Source: a virus
Taxonomy: Duplodnaviria; Caudoviricetes
DNA: 58,209 bases
Virus record (IMG/VR): IMGVR_UViG_3300046739_000338
Location: 1 to 58,209 of that record
Reading direction: 5' to 3' (one strand)
The translations under genes and the position numbers were made by a program. The notes beneath the pieces were generated by a model, which did no database searches, had not been told where the DNA came from, and saw nothing but the letters and a program-made list of their open reading frames with translations. This document shows, piece after piece, positions 25,589-35,695 of this stretch (position 1 is the stretch's first letter; each line of letters starts with the position of its first letter).

Positions 25589-26211
25589 TGGCCAATTGTG
25601 GCTGTCAGGAAGCAGCCCCATGCGGCTGCGGAGGTCGAATCATGGAGAAAGCTACCAGAGCGGAGTTGATCGCGGCGCTCGTCACGGACAAGTACAGCGG
25701 GTTTCGGAACGGCGACGAGGCGATGCTCGAATCCGCATCGGATGTGCGGCTCGAGGAGTTTCGGACGGCATCGGAAGCCAATCGGACGTCGGCGACGACG
25801 CTCGCTCGGATGGAAACGGATCAGCGCAATACGGCGGCGCGGCTGAAAGTCGCCGAGGAGCGGCTGGTGCAGGCCGAATCGACCATCAGCGACGAGGATT
25901 TTATCGCACGCCTCGCGCCGACGTCATCCATCAAGGAGCTGCTCGAGTCGCGAGCGGCCGAAGAGAAGGCGCTGCACGCCTCGCTCGTCTCATCGCTGAA
26001 GAACCTGGGCGGCGAGTCCGAAGAGGAACTGAAGAAGAAGTCCGTCAAGGATCTGCAGGTCCTGGCGCGCTACGCGGGCGTCAAGGTGCTGGACTTCAGC
26101 GGCAAGGGCTTCCCCGTGACGCGGTCGGCATCGGAGCAGCAGACGTCCTACGCACCGCCCGACCCGTACAAGGACGCGATCGAGAAGCACCGCGCGGCCG
26201 AACGCTTTTAA
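25588..26211 (+). CDS. Putative capsid scaffolding protein
   Basis: Helical and charged; lies between protease and capsid genes. Confidence 0.6.
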   Translation: MANCGCQEAAPCGCGGRIMEKATRAELIAALVTDKYSGFRNGDEAMLESASDVRLEEFRTASEANRTSATTLARMETDQRNTAARLKVAEERLVQAESTISDEDFIARLAPTSSIKELLESRAAEEKALHASLVSSLKNLGGESEEELKKKSVKDLQVLARYAGVKVLDFSGKGFPVTRSASEQQTSYAPPDPYKDAIEKHRAAERF

Positions 26212-26271
26212 CAAGTTGGCTGTCCTAAGGCCCGCAGCAGGCGCTGCGGTACCGGACACGAAGGAGCAGAT

Positions 26272-26712
26272 ATGTCAATCACGAGACTGAACCCGAACAC
26301 GATCTTCCTCGGCGGCGAGCGGGTCATGATCAACGACCTGGCGGCGTCCGAGACCATCACGCCAGGCAGCTTGATCGACCGCTTTAACAATTCTGGCGTC
26401 ATCCGGTGGCGCAACCACGCGACGGCGTCGATTGCCGTGGCGCCGATCTTCGCCGGTGAGCATGCGATGGCCAACAAGGGGCCGGACGACAACTACCTGG
26501 TCAATGACCTCGTCGAGGCGATCGCCGCGCAGTCTGGGACGGCCATCTGGGCGTTCATCGCGTCAGGCCAGAACATCGTCGCTGGCAACAAGCTGGAATC
26601 GGCTGGTGACGGCACGCTGAAGATCTTCTCCGCTGGCATCGTGCTCGCGTCGTCGCTGGAGAACAAGCCGAACGTCGCCGTGAAGACGCGCATCCGGGTG
26701 GAAGTGGTCTAG
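26272..26712 (+). CDS. Capsid decoration/cement protein
   Basis: GAAGGAG RBS; ASETITPG..GQNIVAGNKLESAGDGTLK; precedes the capsid gene. Confidence 0.7.
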   Translation: MSITRLNPNTIFLGGERVMINDLAASETITPGSLIDRFNNSGVIRWRNHATASIAVAPIFAGEHAMANKGPDDNYLVNDLVEAIAAQSGTAIWAFIASGQNIVAGNKLESAGDGTLKIFSAGIVLASSLENKPNVAVKTRIRVEVV

Positions 26713-26793
26713 AGTTTCTCGACCCTTGCGCTTTCGTGGGAGCGCGCCGGGGCAATCGACAGTATGTGACGCTCCGGCGTCAGGAGGATTCGG

Positions 26794-27897
26794 ATGGACA
26801 AAGAGATGCGATTCATGGCCAACGGGCAGGCAAGCCCGTTGAGCGGCGTTATCACGCGGTCGCTGGGCGAGACAGGCCGATGGGACGTCGAAGGCATGCG
26901 GAGGCCAGGCTTCCGCATGATGGAGCAGATCGAGAACGAAATGCGGGAGTTCAGGACGCTGGCGCCCTTGATGGACAAGGCGCAGGTGTCGATCGATCGC
27001 GCGGTGGTCGAGGTGGGCCTGCAGCGGCTGACCCTCGTCGCTGACCTCATCTCGGCTGGGCTCACGTACCCATTGAGCGATCCGCTCTCGGTGGCGCAGC
27101 TCGAATGGAGCCAACAGTCGAAGATCGGCGCGGCGCAGAGGACGATGAGCCCGGCGGCACGGGGTGAGAACAAGGCGCCGCTCATCGCGCCGAACCGTTT
27201 GCCGATCTACCTGACGACCGACCAGTTCGAGATCGACATCCGCACGCTGAAGACGTCTCAGCGCGTTGGCACGCCGCTCGACGTGGCGATCGTGAAGCAG
27301 TGCGTGCGCGCGGTGAACGAGGCCATCGAGGACGCGGCCATCAACGGCGCGACGACGCTGGATGGCCAGAACCTGCAGGACTCGGGCTACACGGCGCCTG
27401 GGCTGCTGAACGCGACGGGCGTCAACACGCAGACGCTGACGGCGGCGGCCTGGACGACGACGCCGGTCGGCACGACGGTGTTCAACGAAGTGATGGCGAT
27501 GATCAGCAAGCTGCAGGCGAAGAAGAAGTTCGGCCCATATCGCCTCTACGTCGGCACGCAGATCGGCAACACGATGGACACCGACTACAACACCAGTTCG
27601 CCGACGCCGGTGACGATCCGGCAGCGGCTGCTGCAGATCGATTCGCTGCAGGCGGTGAAGGTGGCCGACCTGATCACGAGTGGCAACGGCGCCGCGCCGT
27701 CGATCGGCAACAAGGTGATCCTCATGCAGATGACGTCGGACGTGTGCGACGTGGTCATGGGGCAGCCGCCGACGGTGATTCCATGGACGTCGTTGGATGG
27801 CTTCACGATTCACAACATCGTGATGGCGATCATGGTGCCGAGGGTGCGGTCGGACTTTGACGGCAACAGCGGCATTTGCGTCGGGACGACAGCGTAG
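26794..27897 (+). CDS. Major capsid protein (HK97 fold, encapsulin/linocin-like)
   Basis: 367 aa; LPIYLTTDQFEIDIRTL, APGLLN, KKFGPYRLYV, MVPRVRSD. Confidence 0.85.
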   Translation: MDKEMRFMANGQASPLSGVITRSLGETGRWDVEGMRRPGFRMMEQIENEMREFRTLAPLMDKAQVSIDRAVVEVGLQRLTLVADLISAGLTYPLSDPLSVAQLEWSQQSKIGAAQRTMSPAARGENKAPLIAPNRLPIYLTTDQFEIDIRTLKTSQRVGTPLDVAIVKQCVRAVNEAIEDAAINGATTLDGQNLQDSGYTAPGLLNATGVNTQTLTAAAWTTTPVGTTVFNEVMAMISKLQAKKKFGPYRLYVGTQIGNTMDTDYNTSSPTPVTIRQRLLQIDSLQAVKVADLITSGNGAAPSIGNKVILMQMTSDVCDVVMGQPPTVIPWTSLDGFTIHNIVMAIMVPRVRSDFDGNSGICVGTTA

Positions 27898-27948
27898 TAG
27901 AAGAAGCCAGGGGCGTGGGGACCCTGGCGTTCTGCGTGGGAGACAGAC

Positions 27949-28200
27949 ATGGACCGAGCGCCACAGACAAGTTATCAGGGACCGCGCGACGACCAGGCGT
28001 CGCTCGCATCGCAGATGGCCGCCGTGCGCGTGCTGTCGCAGATGCCCGTGGCTGACGCGATGGGCGCGGCGTGCTCGTTCCTGCTCAGCTGCTCGTATAA
28101 CCACCGAGAGATGTTTCGTCGGGTCATGAACGAAAAAGTCATTCGAGAGGGATTTTCCGGGATCTCGCTCATCGAGTTGTTTAAACGTGTGTGTCGTTAA
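27949..28200 (+). CDS. Hypothetical protein
   Basis: GGGAG RBS; 83 aa. Confidence 0.5.
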   Translation: MDRAPQTSYQGPRDDQASLASQMAAVRVLSQMPVADAMGAACSFLLSCSYNHREMFRRVMNEKVIREGFSGISLIELFKRVCR

Positions 28201-28210
28201 GGAGTGACAG

Positions 28211-28657
28211 ATGGCAAAAGGGACGGCATACGCAAATTCGTTGCTTTTATTAATTTTTAATACGACGACGTTCGCCAACGTCGCGATCAACGCGACCAGC
28301 TCGCCGATCACGAGCATCTTCGCCAGCCTGCACACGAGCGACCCTGGCGCGGCGGGAGACCAGACGACGAACGAGATGACCACGGGGCAGTACCTCGGCT
28401 ATGCCCGCGTCGCGGTCACGCGCGCGTCTGGCGCAGGTGGCTGGACGGTGACGACGAACTCGGTCAGCCCGCAGGCGACGATCACGTTCCCAGCCGGCAC
28501 GGGCGGCTCTGGGGCCACGGCCTCGTTCTTTGCCGTCGGCTCGCTGACCTCTGGCGCGGGCGTGCGGTTCTACAGCGGGACGATCTCGCCGACGATCGCG
28601 TGCGGCAACGGCGTGACACCCTCGCTGAGCACGGCGACGGCGATCACGGAGACGTAG
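28211..28657 (+). CDS. Conserved virion (fibre-associated) protein
   Basis: AAGGAG RBS; SLHTSDPGAAGDQTTNE..YLGYARVAV. Confidence 0.7.
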   Translation: MAKGTAYANSLLLLIFNTTTFANVAINATSSPITSIFASLHTSDPGAAGDQTTNEMTTGQYLGYARVAVTRASGAGGWTVTTNSVSPQATITFPAGTGGSGATASFFAVGSLTSGAGVRFYSGTISPTIACGNGVTPSLSTATAITET

Positions 28658-29080
28658 ATGCCGAACAGCCCGGCGGCGATCAGTGCGGCGTTGGAGTCGG
28701 CGATGGCTGCGGCAGCGATCGCGGTGCCTGGACCGACGCCGACGAACGGCACGTCGGTCGTCTTGCCGCGTGTGCTTGCGGCGTACGCGAATACGGCCGC
28801 CGCGTGGGTCTGGCAAAAGGGGTATTTGGTGTTCTTCGCGTCGCCGGACCACGCAAGCGTGACGAACTATGAGGCGCGTCTGCGGGTGAATGGCAGCGGC
28901 ACGGTAATCGGGACGTTGACCATGGGCGTACCGTTGCCTGACGTCTACGGGACGATTGGAGTCGATGCGACGTCCCTGCTCGCCGGGCATACAGGCAGCC
29001 ATACGATGTCGGTCGCGGTGACAACAACGGCCGGAACGACCGATTCAGCATTGAGTTCTCCGTTTACGTTGCCGCTATGA
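28658..29080 (+). CDS. Hypothetical protein (Ig/FN3-like C-terminal half)
   Basis: SPDHASVTNYEARL..HTMSVAV. Confidence 0.55.
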   Translation: MPNSPAAISAALESAMAAAAIAVPGPTPTNGTSVVLPRVLAAYANTAAAWVWQKGYLVFFASPDHASVTNYEARLRVNGSGTVIGTLTMGVPLPDVYGTIGVDATSLLAGHTGSHTMSVAVTTTAGTTDSALSSPFTLPL

Positions 29081-30408
29081 GGTTAGTGATGAAGAAGTGG
29101 ATGGCGATAAGCGTTGCGTTGATGGCTGTTATTGCCCTGGCGCATTTGGTGCAGCCTATTCAAGCACAAGGTTCGGTAGCAGCGGCATCGTGCGCTGCTG
29201 CAGACATTACGACGGCGATCAATACAGCACTTAGTGGCAGCGCGACCACTGTCACGGTGCCGGCCGGCACCTGCGTCTGGACTGCCGGGCAGATCGTCTT
29301 CACCACAAGTCCCACGCGTACCATTCGACTGCAAGGAGCTGGGGCTGGTCAGACGATCATCAACATGACGGCTTTGGGGTCGAACAACGGGATGCTGACG
29401 GGTCGCTTTGCAGGTGCGGATATTTCTGGCTTCACGATCATCTGCGGAAGGATCCTTGTATATGGCTCCGGCTGGCGCATTCACAATAATAGCTTCACGT
29501 GCAACCAACTGGATTATTCGACGTACGGGACCGCTGTTTGGGCAAACAATACAAACCTCGGCAGCGTTGGCATCGTCGGCGGGTCATCTCCGTTAGATGG
29601 GCTTGTTGACAATAATACTTTTACCGACCAACGGGTACTGATTGAACGGTGGGCCTCCGGCGACCCGGTCGAACAGAATGGGTCGACGCTCTGGTCTGAA
29701 CCGTTGGGGCTTGGTGGTCCAGGTGCGGTTTATGTCGAAGACAATACATTCACAGCCCTGAGTTTTGGCAACGTCATCGATTGCCAAGAGTCAGGCGAAT
29801 ATGTCTTTCGACACAATGTTGTTCACGAGTCTTACCCCGAAGCGCATACACCGCGCGGGTACTTCCGGGGCTGTAGGAAATGGGAAATTTATAACAACAC
29901 CTTCACCCAATCCGCCCTGACGGTGAGTTCGGTCGCCATCATCAATGGCGGTACGGGTGTCATTTTCAATAATACCTGGACGGGCACGTTTGGGGGTAAT
30001 ACCGGCACGTTGGCCTATCAGCGGGCCTATGTGGACGACGGCGCGAGTTCATTCGGACTGTGTAACGGCGCGTCTCCGTGGGACGGCAATCAAGACGCGA
30101 CGGGGTGGCCGTGTCTCGACCAGATGGGACGGTCGACGGATCCCACGCCGTTTGTCGGATCACCCCCTCCTTATCCAACGCACAGCCAAAGCAGTGTTCC
30201 AGCATATTTTTGGAACAATACGATCAACGGAAACCAACTGACGTGGAGTCCGTTCAACTCTCAGACGGCTGCCCGTGTCGTGGCTGGACGGGATTATTTT
30301 ACAAGCCCAAGTACGGCCATGCCTAGCTATACGCCGTACACCTATCCGCATCCGCTGCAAGGATCGGCCTTGCCGCGTCCAGCGACGGGCGTCATCGTGA
30401 CCCCGTAG
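29077..30408 (+). CDS. Right-handed beta-helix (pectin-lyase-like) protein with signal peptide
   Basis: VTVPAGTCVW; repeated VDNNTF/VEDNTF/IYNNTF/IFNNTW; visibly lower GC. Confidence 0.75.
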   Translation: MRLVMKKWMAISVALMAVIALAHLVQPIQAQGSVAAASCAAADITTAINTALSGSATTVTVPAGTCVWTAGQIVFTTSPTRTIRLQGAGAGQTIINMTALGSNNGMLTGRFAGADISGFTIICGRILVYGSGWRIHNNSFTCNQLDYSTYGTAVWANNTNLGSVGIVGGSSPLDGLVDNNTFTDQRVLIERWASGDPVEQNGSTLWSEPLGLGGPGAVYVEDNTFTALSFGNVIDCQESGEYVFRHNVVHESYPEAHTPRGYFRGCRKWEIYNNTFTQSALTVSSVAIINGGTGVIFNNTWTGTFGGNTGTLAYQRAYVDDGASSFGLCNGASPWDGNQDATGWPCLDQMGRSTDPTPFVGSPPPYPTHSQSSVPAYFWNNTINGNQLTWSPFNSQTAARVVAGRDYFTSPSTAMPSYTPYTYPHPLQGSALPRPATGVIVTP

Positions 30409-30416
30409 GAGACTTT

Positions 30417-30674
30417 ATGATCGTGATGTCGACTGGAGTATCCATCAACACCTCCTACGGGGAAGTCGCCAAGCGGCGCCTCGAAGCCGCCGCGCATCAG
30501 GCGATCGAGCAGGCGCACGAAAACGGGCTGAACGACACCGACCATGGGACGATCATCCGGCAGCTCTGGCTCTCAGCGCACGACCTAGAGTTGGAGAAGA
30601 TCAAGTGCGATGAATATCTCGCGCAGATCAACGAGTTGAAGAACAAGTTGCAACTGATTCAGAACATCCTATGA
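30417..30674 (+). CDS. Hypothetical coiled-coil protein
   Basis: AGGAG RBS; coupled to the next gene. Confidence 0.55.
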   Translation: MIVMSTGVSINTSYGEVAKRRLEAAAHQAIEQAHENGLNDTDHGTIIRQLWLSAHDLELEKIKCDEYLAQINELKNKLQLIQNIL

Positions 30675-31417
30675 GCATCGCGTTCGACGCCATCACGAAC
30701 GTCACGGGCCGCTCGTCGGTCCCGTCGAAGACGTTCGCGCACACGGTGACGGGCGTGAACTGCCTTTTGTTCGTGGGCGTTCTGCATGCGTCAGGGCAAA
30801 CAGTGACAGGGATCACGTACGGCGGCGTGGCGATGGCGGCGGCGGATTCGCAGGTCAACCACGGCGGCGCGTTTACCCTCGACCTCTGGTACCTCTTCAG
30901 CGCACAGGGCCTTCCGACTGGCGCGAATAACGTCGTGGTCACGTTCAGCGCGGCGACCGACCAGATGTGTATGTCCGTCTCGTATTCGGGCGTGAAGCAG
31001 GCGAACTTTGACGCGTATTCTTATTCGTCGACGACGGGCAACGCGACGCGCACGGAGACGTTGACGACGACCGCTGATAACTGCTGGATGATGTGGTTGG
31101 GCGTCGACGAGTACAACGTCACGCCGACGGCAGGAGCCGGAACGGTCATCCGAGGCCTGCAGGACGGGTTTCCTGGCCTATTTTGGGCGGACAGCAATGG
31201 GTCGATTCATCCCGCCGGACCAAACAGCCTGCACGTCGTTCCGACGTCGAGCGCGGACTACATGGACGACATGGTCTTTGCGCTGGCGCCGTTCCTCGGA
31301 GGAGGCTCGGCGACGATCGCGGCCGGTGGCGGCAATACGTCGATCTCTGAGGCGAACATGTTGGGCGGCGGGCAGACGTTGACGATCACGTTGACAGGCG
31401 ACACGTTTCTGACGTAG
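30671..31417 (+). CDS. Beta-rich structural protein
   Basis: MSIAFDA..VTGITYGGVAM..PTGANNVVVTF..SYSGV. Confidence 0.65.
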   Translation: MSIAFDAITNVTGRSSVPSKTFAHTVTGVNCLLFVGVLHASGQTVTGITYGGVAMAAADSQVNHGGAFTLDLWYLFSAQGLPTGANNVVVTFSAATDQMCMSVSYSGVKQANFDAYSYSSTTGNATRTETLTTTADNCWMMWLGVDEYNVTPTAGAGTVIRGLQDGFPGLFWADSNGSIHPAGPNSLHVVPTSSADYMDDMVFALAPFLGGGSATIAAGGGNTSISEANMLGGGQTLTITLTGDTFLT

Positions 31418-31426
31418 GGAGCAGGC

Positions 31427-32020
31427 ATGCCACCAGTGATTGACGCGACCGTCGGCGGGCCAAACGCCAACTCGTACCTCACGCAGGCCGAGGCGAACGC
31501 CTACTTCGACACGCGTCCCCCGCTGCCGACGCCGTGGCAGACGACGGGCGACCCGGCCATCCGGCTGATCATCCAGGCGACGCGTGTCTTTGACGCTTTG
31601 GCGCAGCCGCTGAAGACGCTCTTCGTCGACACCGGGCGCGTCTACTACCGCGTGCGCCCGATGTGGACGGGCGTCGCGGCCGGCGGGACGCAGCGGCTGG
31701 CGTGGCCTCGGGCCGGGATGTTCGACCAGAACGGCTTTGCGATCAGCCCGGCCGTTATTCCTCAGACGCTGAAGGATGCGACAGCGGAACTGGCTGGGCA
31801 ACTCGGGATCCAGGACCGCACGTTGGACAACGACGTCATCATTCAGGGCATCAAGTCCGTCCGTGCGGGCAGCGTGGGCGTGAGTTTCAAGGACGACATC
31901 ATGGCGCAGGTGATTCCTGACTTCGTCTACAACATGATCCCGATCACGTGGTTGACCGAGGAGACGTACGAGCCGGCGATCCCGGCGATCTTCGACGTAA
32001 TCGGCGGAGACCTCGCATGA
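31427..32020 (+). CDS. Head-tail adaptor protein
   Basis: ANSYLTQAEANAYF, TQRLAWPR, IPQTLKDATAELA. Confidence 0.8.
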   Translation: MPPVIDATVGGPNANSYLTQAEANAYFDTRPPLPTPWQTTGDPAIRLIIQATRVFDALAQPLKTLFVDTGRVYYRVRPMWTGVAAGGTQRLAWPRAGMFDQNGFAISPAVIPQTLKDATAELAGQLGIQDRTLDNDVIIQGIKSVRAGSVGVSFKDDIMAQVIPDFVYNMIPITWLTEETYEPAIPAIFDVIGGDLA

Positions 32021-32400
32021 GCATTCGAGATGCATTGGTGGCTGGAGTGAAGGCTGCCGACAAGGTGACGAAGTCCGTGCAGCCGATCGTCGCCTACGAG
32101 CAAGTCATCGCGACAGACGAATTCGGCGCGTTCATGTACTCAGCGCCGATCATGATGCACGCGGTCGTGGATGACAAAGAGGTGCCGGTGCGCACGCGTG
32201 AAGGCGTGCTGACGTCGGCGAGGGCGACGTTGACGTTGCTCAGCGTGCTCGAGGTCGTCATGTCGACAGGCGGCGAGGGCGTCAAAGCGAACGACCGGTT
32301 TACGTTGTCGAACGGCTACACGGGCCTCGTGCTCGACGTCAACGGAACGGTGGACCCAGGCACGGGGCATCCGTTCGCCACGACCGTCATGTTGGGATAA
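32017..32400 (+). CDS. Putative head-closure protein
   Basis: Follows the adaptor; DEFG..NDRFTL. Confidence 0.6.
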   Translation: MSIRDALVAGVKAADKVTKSVQPIVAYEQVIATDEFGAFMYSAPIMMHAVVDDKEVPVRTREGVLTSARATLTLLSVLEVVMSTGGEGVKANDRFTLSNGYTGLVLDVNGTVDPGTGHPFATTVMLG

Positions 32401-33159
32401 ATGATCACTATCGCCTTGACGTACTTCAAGAGTCTGACGCTCGTCAACCTGATGGCGGCGCTCTATTCGGTGCGTCGGCAGGACTTCTCGCAGGTTGAAG
32501 AACTGGTCGTCGTCGACAACGATACGGCGGACGACCCTGAGCAGATTCGGTACCTCGTCGCGTCGTTCAACTTTCCCGTGCACGTGCGCGTCGTGTCGCA
32601 CAAGCACGGCGACCGGACGCTCGCGCAGGCGTGGTCGACGAACCAGACCGTGCGGCTGGCCGATACCGAATGGGTCTTTTATACGCGGGCTGACTACTTG
32701 CTCGATTTCGATATGCTGGCGAAGTTCGCGGCCATCGTCGCCAGCAAGCCGATCGGGTGGGATGGGTTCATCGTCAGCCACGGGTGTCATCTCGGAGAGG
32801 ACATCACCGGAGTCGAGCAATATCCGTGGCGGGACCATGGCACGCGCGTCCTGAAGGGCATCGTCTACGACTATACGGAGATCGACTCCGGCGTCTGGAT
32901 GGCACGACGCGGCACCTACGACCGCATCGGTGGATTCGACGAGCGGTTGTCGGCGTGGGGACACGCGCAGACCGAGTTCCAATACCGCATGCACCTCGCG
33001 GGCGTCGAGTTCGTGCGCGTGCCAGAGACGCTCTTTTATCATCCCGGTCACGGCGGCGACAAGGACATGGGGCTGGCGAATCAGCAATTGGCCGTCGTCG
33101 GGACGGACCTGAAGGTCATGTGGGCGCGCTACCACGGCGAGTCGCCCTATGGCCGCTAG
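32401..33159 (+). CDS. Glycosyltransferase, GT2-like
   Basis: ELVVVDND, IGGFDERLSAWGH, FYHPGH. Confidence 0.85.
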   Translation: MITIALTYFKSLTLVNLMAALYSVRRQDFSQVEELVVVDNDTADDPEQIRYLVASFNFPVHVRVVSHKHGDRTLAQAWSTNQTVRLADTEWVFYTRADYLLDFDMLAKFAAIVASKPIGWDGFIVSHGCHLGEDITGVEQYPWRDHGTRVLKGIVYDYTEIDSGVWMARRGTYDRIGGFDERLSAWGHAQTEFQYRMHLAGVEFVRVPETLFYHPGHGGDKDMGLANQQLAVVGTDLKVMWARYHGESPYGR

Positions 33160-33850
33160 GCCCTATACGCGCTCGCTGCACCCTGAGGACTACGAGTTCT
33201 TGCCGCAGACGCAACCGCTGCGGTTGTTCGAGCGCGACATGACGCTCTTCAAGGTTCCGCACCGCGAGTGGCACGAGCACCGCTTCTGGGAGTATGCGTC
33301 GATCCTGCAGCAACTCGACGAACTGCACGTGCCGTCGGACGCCGAGATGGTCGACGTCGGAGCTGGGGCGAGCTTCTTCGACCCGTACTGCGCGATTCGC
33401 TTCGAGCGCCTCTGCTGCGTCGACAACATGCTCTATGGCGACATCGCGCCGATGGTCGACGCGCAGCGCCGTCATTACGGCGTGCCGCTGCCGCTCTACG
33501 ACATGCCGCTCGAAAACATGGCGACGTTTATCAGTAATACGTTCGACGTGACGCTGTGCATCAGCACGATCGAGCACGCGACCGACCACGACGCGGCGTT
33601 TAACGAGCTGGTGCGGATTACGAAGCCGGGAGGGTATCTCTTTCTTACGTCTGATTATTTCCGAGACCTGCAGCACTTCGAGCAGTCGGTGTCGCGCGTC
33701 TATCAGGTGACGCCCTATACGCAGGAGTTCGTGCTCGACCTGCCGAACCGGTTCCCCGTGAAGTTCGTCGGCAAGACGGATCTCGACTATCGCGGAGACT
33801 TCGTTCACAACTACTCGTTCTGCAACGTCTGCCTGAGGAAGTTATGGTAA
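33149..33850 (+). CDS. SAM-dependent methyltransferase
   Basis: MVDVGAGAS, FDVTLCISTIEH, RITKPGG. Confidence 0.88.
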   Translation: MAARPYTRSLHPEDYEFLPQTQPLRLFERDMTLFKVPHREWHEHRFWEYASILQQLDELHVPSDAEMVDVGAGASFFDPYCAIRFERLCCVDNMLYGDIAPMVDAQRRHYGVPLPLYDMPLENMATFISNTFDVTLCISTIEHATDHDAAFNELVRITKPGGYLFLTSDYFRDLQHFEQSVSRVYQVTPYTQEFVLDLPNRFPVKFVGKTDLDYRGDFVHNYSFCNVCLRKLW

Positions 33851-35073
33851 CCGAACGAGTGTGTCGCGCGTGCGGTCGGTCGCTCGTCTCGATGCTGAAC
33901 CTCGGCAACCTGGCACTGTCGGGATTCCCTGTTGGCGGCGAGGTGCCAGAGTTCGCGCCGCTCGACTTCTGCCATTGCTCATCGTGCGGCCTCGTGCAGC
34001 TGCGGCACACGGTCGAGCCAGACGTCCTGTTCAAACAGTATTGGTACAAGAGCGGCGTCAACGAGACGATGCGCGCCGAGCTGCACGACGTCATGCTCGA
34101 TGGGGTCGACCAGCTTGGGCACCTCGAAGAAGGCGACGTCATTGTCGACGTCGGGGCGAACGACGGGACGCTGCTCGCCTGGGCACCGAGGGGCGTGAAG
34201 CGCATCGCCTACGAACCGGCCGAGAACCTGCAGGAGAGCCTACGCAAGCACTGCGACGTACTGCATCCGGAATACTTCCCTGGCACGCAGCCGTTGGAGC
34301 CTGGCAGCGTGTCGTTGTTGACCTCGATCGCGTGCTTCTATGCGGTCGACGACCCAATCAAGTTCGTCAGCGCCGTGAACGACGCGCTGTCGGCGCGAGG
34401 CATCTGGGTGCTGCAGTTTCAGGACTTGCACCAGATGCTGATGGCGACGGCGTTCGACGACATCTGCCATGAGCACCTCTTCTACCCGAGCCTCGCGTCG
34501 ATCGCGCGGATGATCGAGCCGTTCGACTTGGAGATCATCGACGCCGAGCGCCGCGAGATCAACGGTGGGAGCCTGCGCGTGACGGTCGGCCGGCGCTGGC
34601 GGCACGTCTCGCCACACGTCAAGGCGATGACGATTGCCGAGTATCGCTGCGAGCACTTCATGACGCTGCGCGACTTCGCGCAACGGTTGCTGAAGACGCG
34701 CGAGAAGATCTACCAGGCACTCGACACGCAGCGTGGGCCGATCGACCTCTACGGTGCCTCGACGAAGGGCAACACGCTGCTGCAAGTCTGCGACCTCGGG
34801 CCGAAAGACATCCGCCAGGCCTGGGAGCGGTCGCCCGAGAAGTGGGGCCGGCAGACGATCACCGGTATCCCGATCGTCAGCGAAGAAGCAGGGCGCGCCG
34901 ACCCGCCGGCCATGCTCGTCGTCGGCATTTGGCAGTTCCGCGACGCGATCCTCCAGCGTGAAAAAGCGTATCTGGCGCAGGGGGGAAAGTTATTGTTCCC
35001 GCTGCCGAGAGTTGAGGTCATTGATGGTCTTCACCAAGGTGTCGGTGCTCATTCCCACACGGCATCGGCTTGA
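33844..35073 (+). CDS. NDP-sugar C-methyltransferase
   Basis: CRACG/CSSCGLVQL zinc site, VDVGANDGTLL, FDDICHEH, INGGSLR, YGASTKGNTLL. Confidence 0.9.
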   Translation: MVTERVCRACGRSLVSMLNLGNLALSGFPVGGEVPEFAPLDFCHCSSCGLVQLRHTVEPDVLFKQYWYKSGVNETMRAELHDVMLDGVDQLGHLEEGDVIVDVGANDGTLLAWAPRGVKRIAYEPAENLQESLRKHCDVLHPEYFPGTQPLEPGSVSLLTSIACFYAVDDPIKFVSAVNDALSARGIWVLQFQDLHQMLMATAFDDICHEHLFYPSLASIARMIEPFDLEIIDAERREINGGSLRVTVGRRWRHVSPHVKAMTIAEYRCEHFMTLRDFAQRLLKTREKIYQALDTQRGPIDLYGASTKGNTLLQVCDLGPKDIRQAWERSPEKWGRQTITGIPIVSEEAGRADPPAMLVVGIWQFRDAILQREKAYLAQGGKLLFPLPRVEVIDGLHQGVGAHSHTASA

Positions 35074-35695
35074 AAGGCTGGGGCAAGTGATTGCGTCGTA
35101 CCTGCAGACGGTCAACGTGGACCATGAGCATTCGGAGCTGGCCTTTCGCGTCGACGACGACGACGTCGAGACGCAACGCTACCTCGGGCGCGTCTCAGAC
35201 GAGGCGGTCGTGCCCTGCCGCGTCGTCGTTGGGCCGCGCAAGAAGGGCTACGCGAGCCTGGGCGATTTCTTCAACGAACTCTATGCGGCGTCGGATGGCG
35301 ACGTGCTGATGTGCGGCAACGACGACATGGTCTTTCAGACGTTCGGCTGGGACGAGAAGATCCTCGACGAGGCGAACCGCTATCCGGACGGCATCTTCGA
35401 CTTTGGCGTGGCGACGCACAACGAAGCGAACTTTCCGTTTGCGACCGTCTCGCGCAGCATGTGCGACCGACTGGGGTTCTTCTTTGACCCGCGTATGTTC
35501 TGGGGCGACATCTTTTGGCGGGACGTCACGTCACGATTCGGGCGGGCCATCGCGCTCGCCGACATTCGGATCGACCACGACTGGGCGGGCTTCGCGCCAG
35601 ATGAGGTGTTTCTCGAGGGTGAGCCGACGCGCCGGGCCGACCACCTGGCGTTTCACGCGCAGGCGGTGAACGAAGCCGTGGAGAAGCTGAAGTGA
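35024..35695 (+). CDS. Glycosyltransferase, GT2-like
   Basis: VSVLIPTRHR, VDDDD, CGNDDM. Confidence 0.8.
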   Translation: MVFTKVSVLIPTRHRLERLGQVIASYLQTVNVDHEHSELAFRVDDDDVETQRYLGRVSDEAVVPCRVVVGPRKKGYASLGDFFNELYAASDGDVLMCGNDDMVFQTFGWDEKILDEANRYPDGIFDFGVATHNEANFPFATVSRSMCDRLGFFFDPRMFWGDIFWRDVTSRFGRAIALADIRIDHDWAGFAPDEVFLEGEPTRRADHLAFHAQAVNEAVEKLK

